A stretch of 64,000 nt of DNA from an uncultured Acidobacteriota bacterium (GTDB lineage: Bacteria; Acidobacteriota; UBA6911). Below, in pieces: positions 62,361 to 64,000 of the stretch; positions within the stretch are counted from its first letter, which is position 1, and each line of letters begins with the position of its first letter. The notes beneath the pieces were generated by a model. The model did no database searches. It worked only from the letters and a program-made list of their open reading frames with translations, and was not told the DNA's origin. The stretch is taken from NCBI GenBank assembly GCA_963843575.1, contig CAWJKZ010000019.1, forward strand, positions 448,001-512,000. The letters are read 5' to 3'. The position numbers were made by a program, and so were the translations under genes.

Positions 62361-63469
62361 CTACGTTCTCCTCAAAAGCGCCAGACTCCTGTTTGTCAAC
62401 TTCTCGCCCAGAACAAAATACTTACTCTGGCGTATATTCGGAATTTGGGTGAAATGACGCGTTTTGGCCTGCTCGAATTCCTCGAACGACATATTGATAT
62501 CACTGAGAAATCGCGGCAGGATAGGGGGTGGAAGAAGCCTTTCCTCGATCTGCGCCTTTTCCAGCGCGCGCTCTCGAGTTAATTCGCCTCTTCGGACCAG
62601 GACGCTCAACAACTGAGTGTGTTCGCTGATGCCCCATTTCTGGCACACAAGGTAGTCTTTCAAATGGTCCAGCAGGCAGTCACCATGCTGGAGCTCGCCC
62701 GCAGGTGCCGACCAGTTGAGATCGTCGTGTAATTGGGTTTTCATTTCGACGATACTGTACGTCACTGGCTTCGAGCAGTTTAACGCCGTATGCCCTCAAA
62801 GCCTAAGATTCTGCCGAGGGCCTTTTGGATATAGGGTTTCTTGCAGAAGGTGTTGATGACACACCTGGGCAGGGCGCTGCCGATAGTGTTGAAATAATAC
62901 GGCCGGTCAAAATACTTCGCAATGCTCAAGCCCTCGATGGCCGAGTCCAGGGTGTCGTCGCACCCGGAGATCCCAAGCTTGATTCTATATTTCTTGGACA
63001 ACGCCTCGGCAATACCGTCAATATGCATGAGGCATGGAGTACAAAACTCCCCTGCGTTCAGCAGAAATATCCGTTGCAGTTGGCGCATTACTTTTGGATT
63101 GGGTTTGACGACGATGAGGTCTACGCCGAGCCTGTTGACCGTCTCCTCGATGTTTTTGATGGCATCGGGTGAACGGTAACCGTTGTCCAGGTTAAAGACC
63201 AAGGGATGCATGTCGAAGCGGGTTACGGCCAGGTTCAGCAGAAAGGTGCTGTCTTTGCCGCCGCTCAGGCCGATGATGCAGTCGAAGGGCTTCCTGCCCC
63301 TGTATCGGTTTAGTATCTGGTGCAGGCGCTTCTGTTGCGCCTCGGCATCGCCATGTTGCGGGCGACTCAAGGTCTGATCATGTCGGCGGCAGTAGCGGCA
63401 GACGCCCTCGGAATCGAGCGAAACGCTGGGAATGTGAGCGGGCATGATGCAACGTTGACATCTTTCCAT
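62361..63469 (-). CDS. N-acetyl sugar amidotransferase-like PP-loop protein (frameshift near 62780)
   Basis: CQRC...CRYC, DCIIGLSGGKDS, DNGY, CTPC; C-terminal part HGDC...VRRGELTRE.AL. Confidence 0.82.
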
Positions 63470-63548
63470 ATCCAGTCCTTACGGCGGCGGAAACGGTGAA
63501 GGCCAAAATGCGAGTGGACGACGGGTGGGAGAACGCGCCATGGAAGTC

Positions 63549-64000
63549 TCAGGCATGCGCGCGCCACCAGGAATAAAGATCCCACCTGAGAGGGCCGTGC
63601 TCTCGCTGCAGTTTCAGGTAGGCGAGGGCGGTACGGTTGCGGATCGGATGTCGTTGGGGCAGGAGCGCGGGGAGACGTCGGCAGACGTCGGCGCACGTGC
63701 GCAGCACGGCCATGGAGTAGCCGTGCCGCAGGCCGCGCATCAGGGTTGCGGCGGCTTTCAGCGGTGCGAATAGGAGGAAAAGCCACCAGGGATACCGGAC
63801 AAAATAGATCAGCAGGGCATTGCGAAACAGAAGACAGTCGCGCTTGCCCCCGGATATGCGTGCGTGCGGCGAAACGCGGTGTTGAACCACGGAGCCGGGA
63901 TAATACAGGATCTTGTAGCCCGCGTCTCAAAACCCTCAGACTGAATTCCAGTCCTTCGCAGCCAAAGAAGAGCGGGTCCCAGAACAGACCGACCTTGGCA
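63549..64000 (-). CDS. Glycosyltransferase family 2, C-terminal part (5' end outside the window)
   Basis: Minus strand VGLFWDPLFFGCEGLEFSLRVL.AGYKILYYP...VQHRVSP...RNALL. Confidence 0.75.

Overview
GC-rich bacterial DNA that looks like Acidobacteria, inferred from the Oar-like TonB-dependent receptors, many Tat-exported Gfo/Idh/MocA and TIM-barrel enzymes, and a kinase C-terminal remnant. Many genes carry single-base frameshifts, most likely long-read assembly errors. Bases 1-36.6 kb hold mixed metabolic, transport and signalling genes: two TBDRs, aldo/keto reductases, an ABC exporter, an atypical EF-P, a trypsin-like protease with a downstream lipoprotein, a sigma54 two-component pair, tpx, two PIG-L deacetylases separated by a 1.2-kb REP/REPIN tandem array, a hybrid kinase and a Phd/VapC toxin-antitoxin pair. 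Bases 36.7-64 kb form a large surface-polysaccharide locus (wzm/wzt, GT2s, GT4, GME-like epimerase, FemAB/GNATs, ATP-grasp, methyltransferases, amidotransferase). It is interrupted by three opposite-strand secreted proteins (two Fn3 proteins and a beta-helix protein) and a YbjN-like gene. The most notable candidates are: (1) secreted Fn3 domains lacking strand A plus an enzyme ending in a free strand-A-like tag, suggesting donor-strand docking; (2) a protease followed by a lipoprotein made only of its pro-domain; (3) a bipolar REPIN-derived array; (4) a ~105-bp dispersed element at gene breakpoints; (5) a non-canonical EF-P. No CRISPR array, rRNA, tRNA or transposase was recognised. All calls come from reading the sequence by eye; no database search was run.
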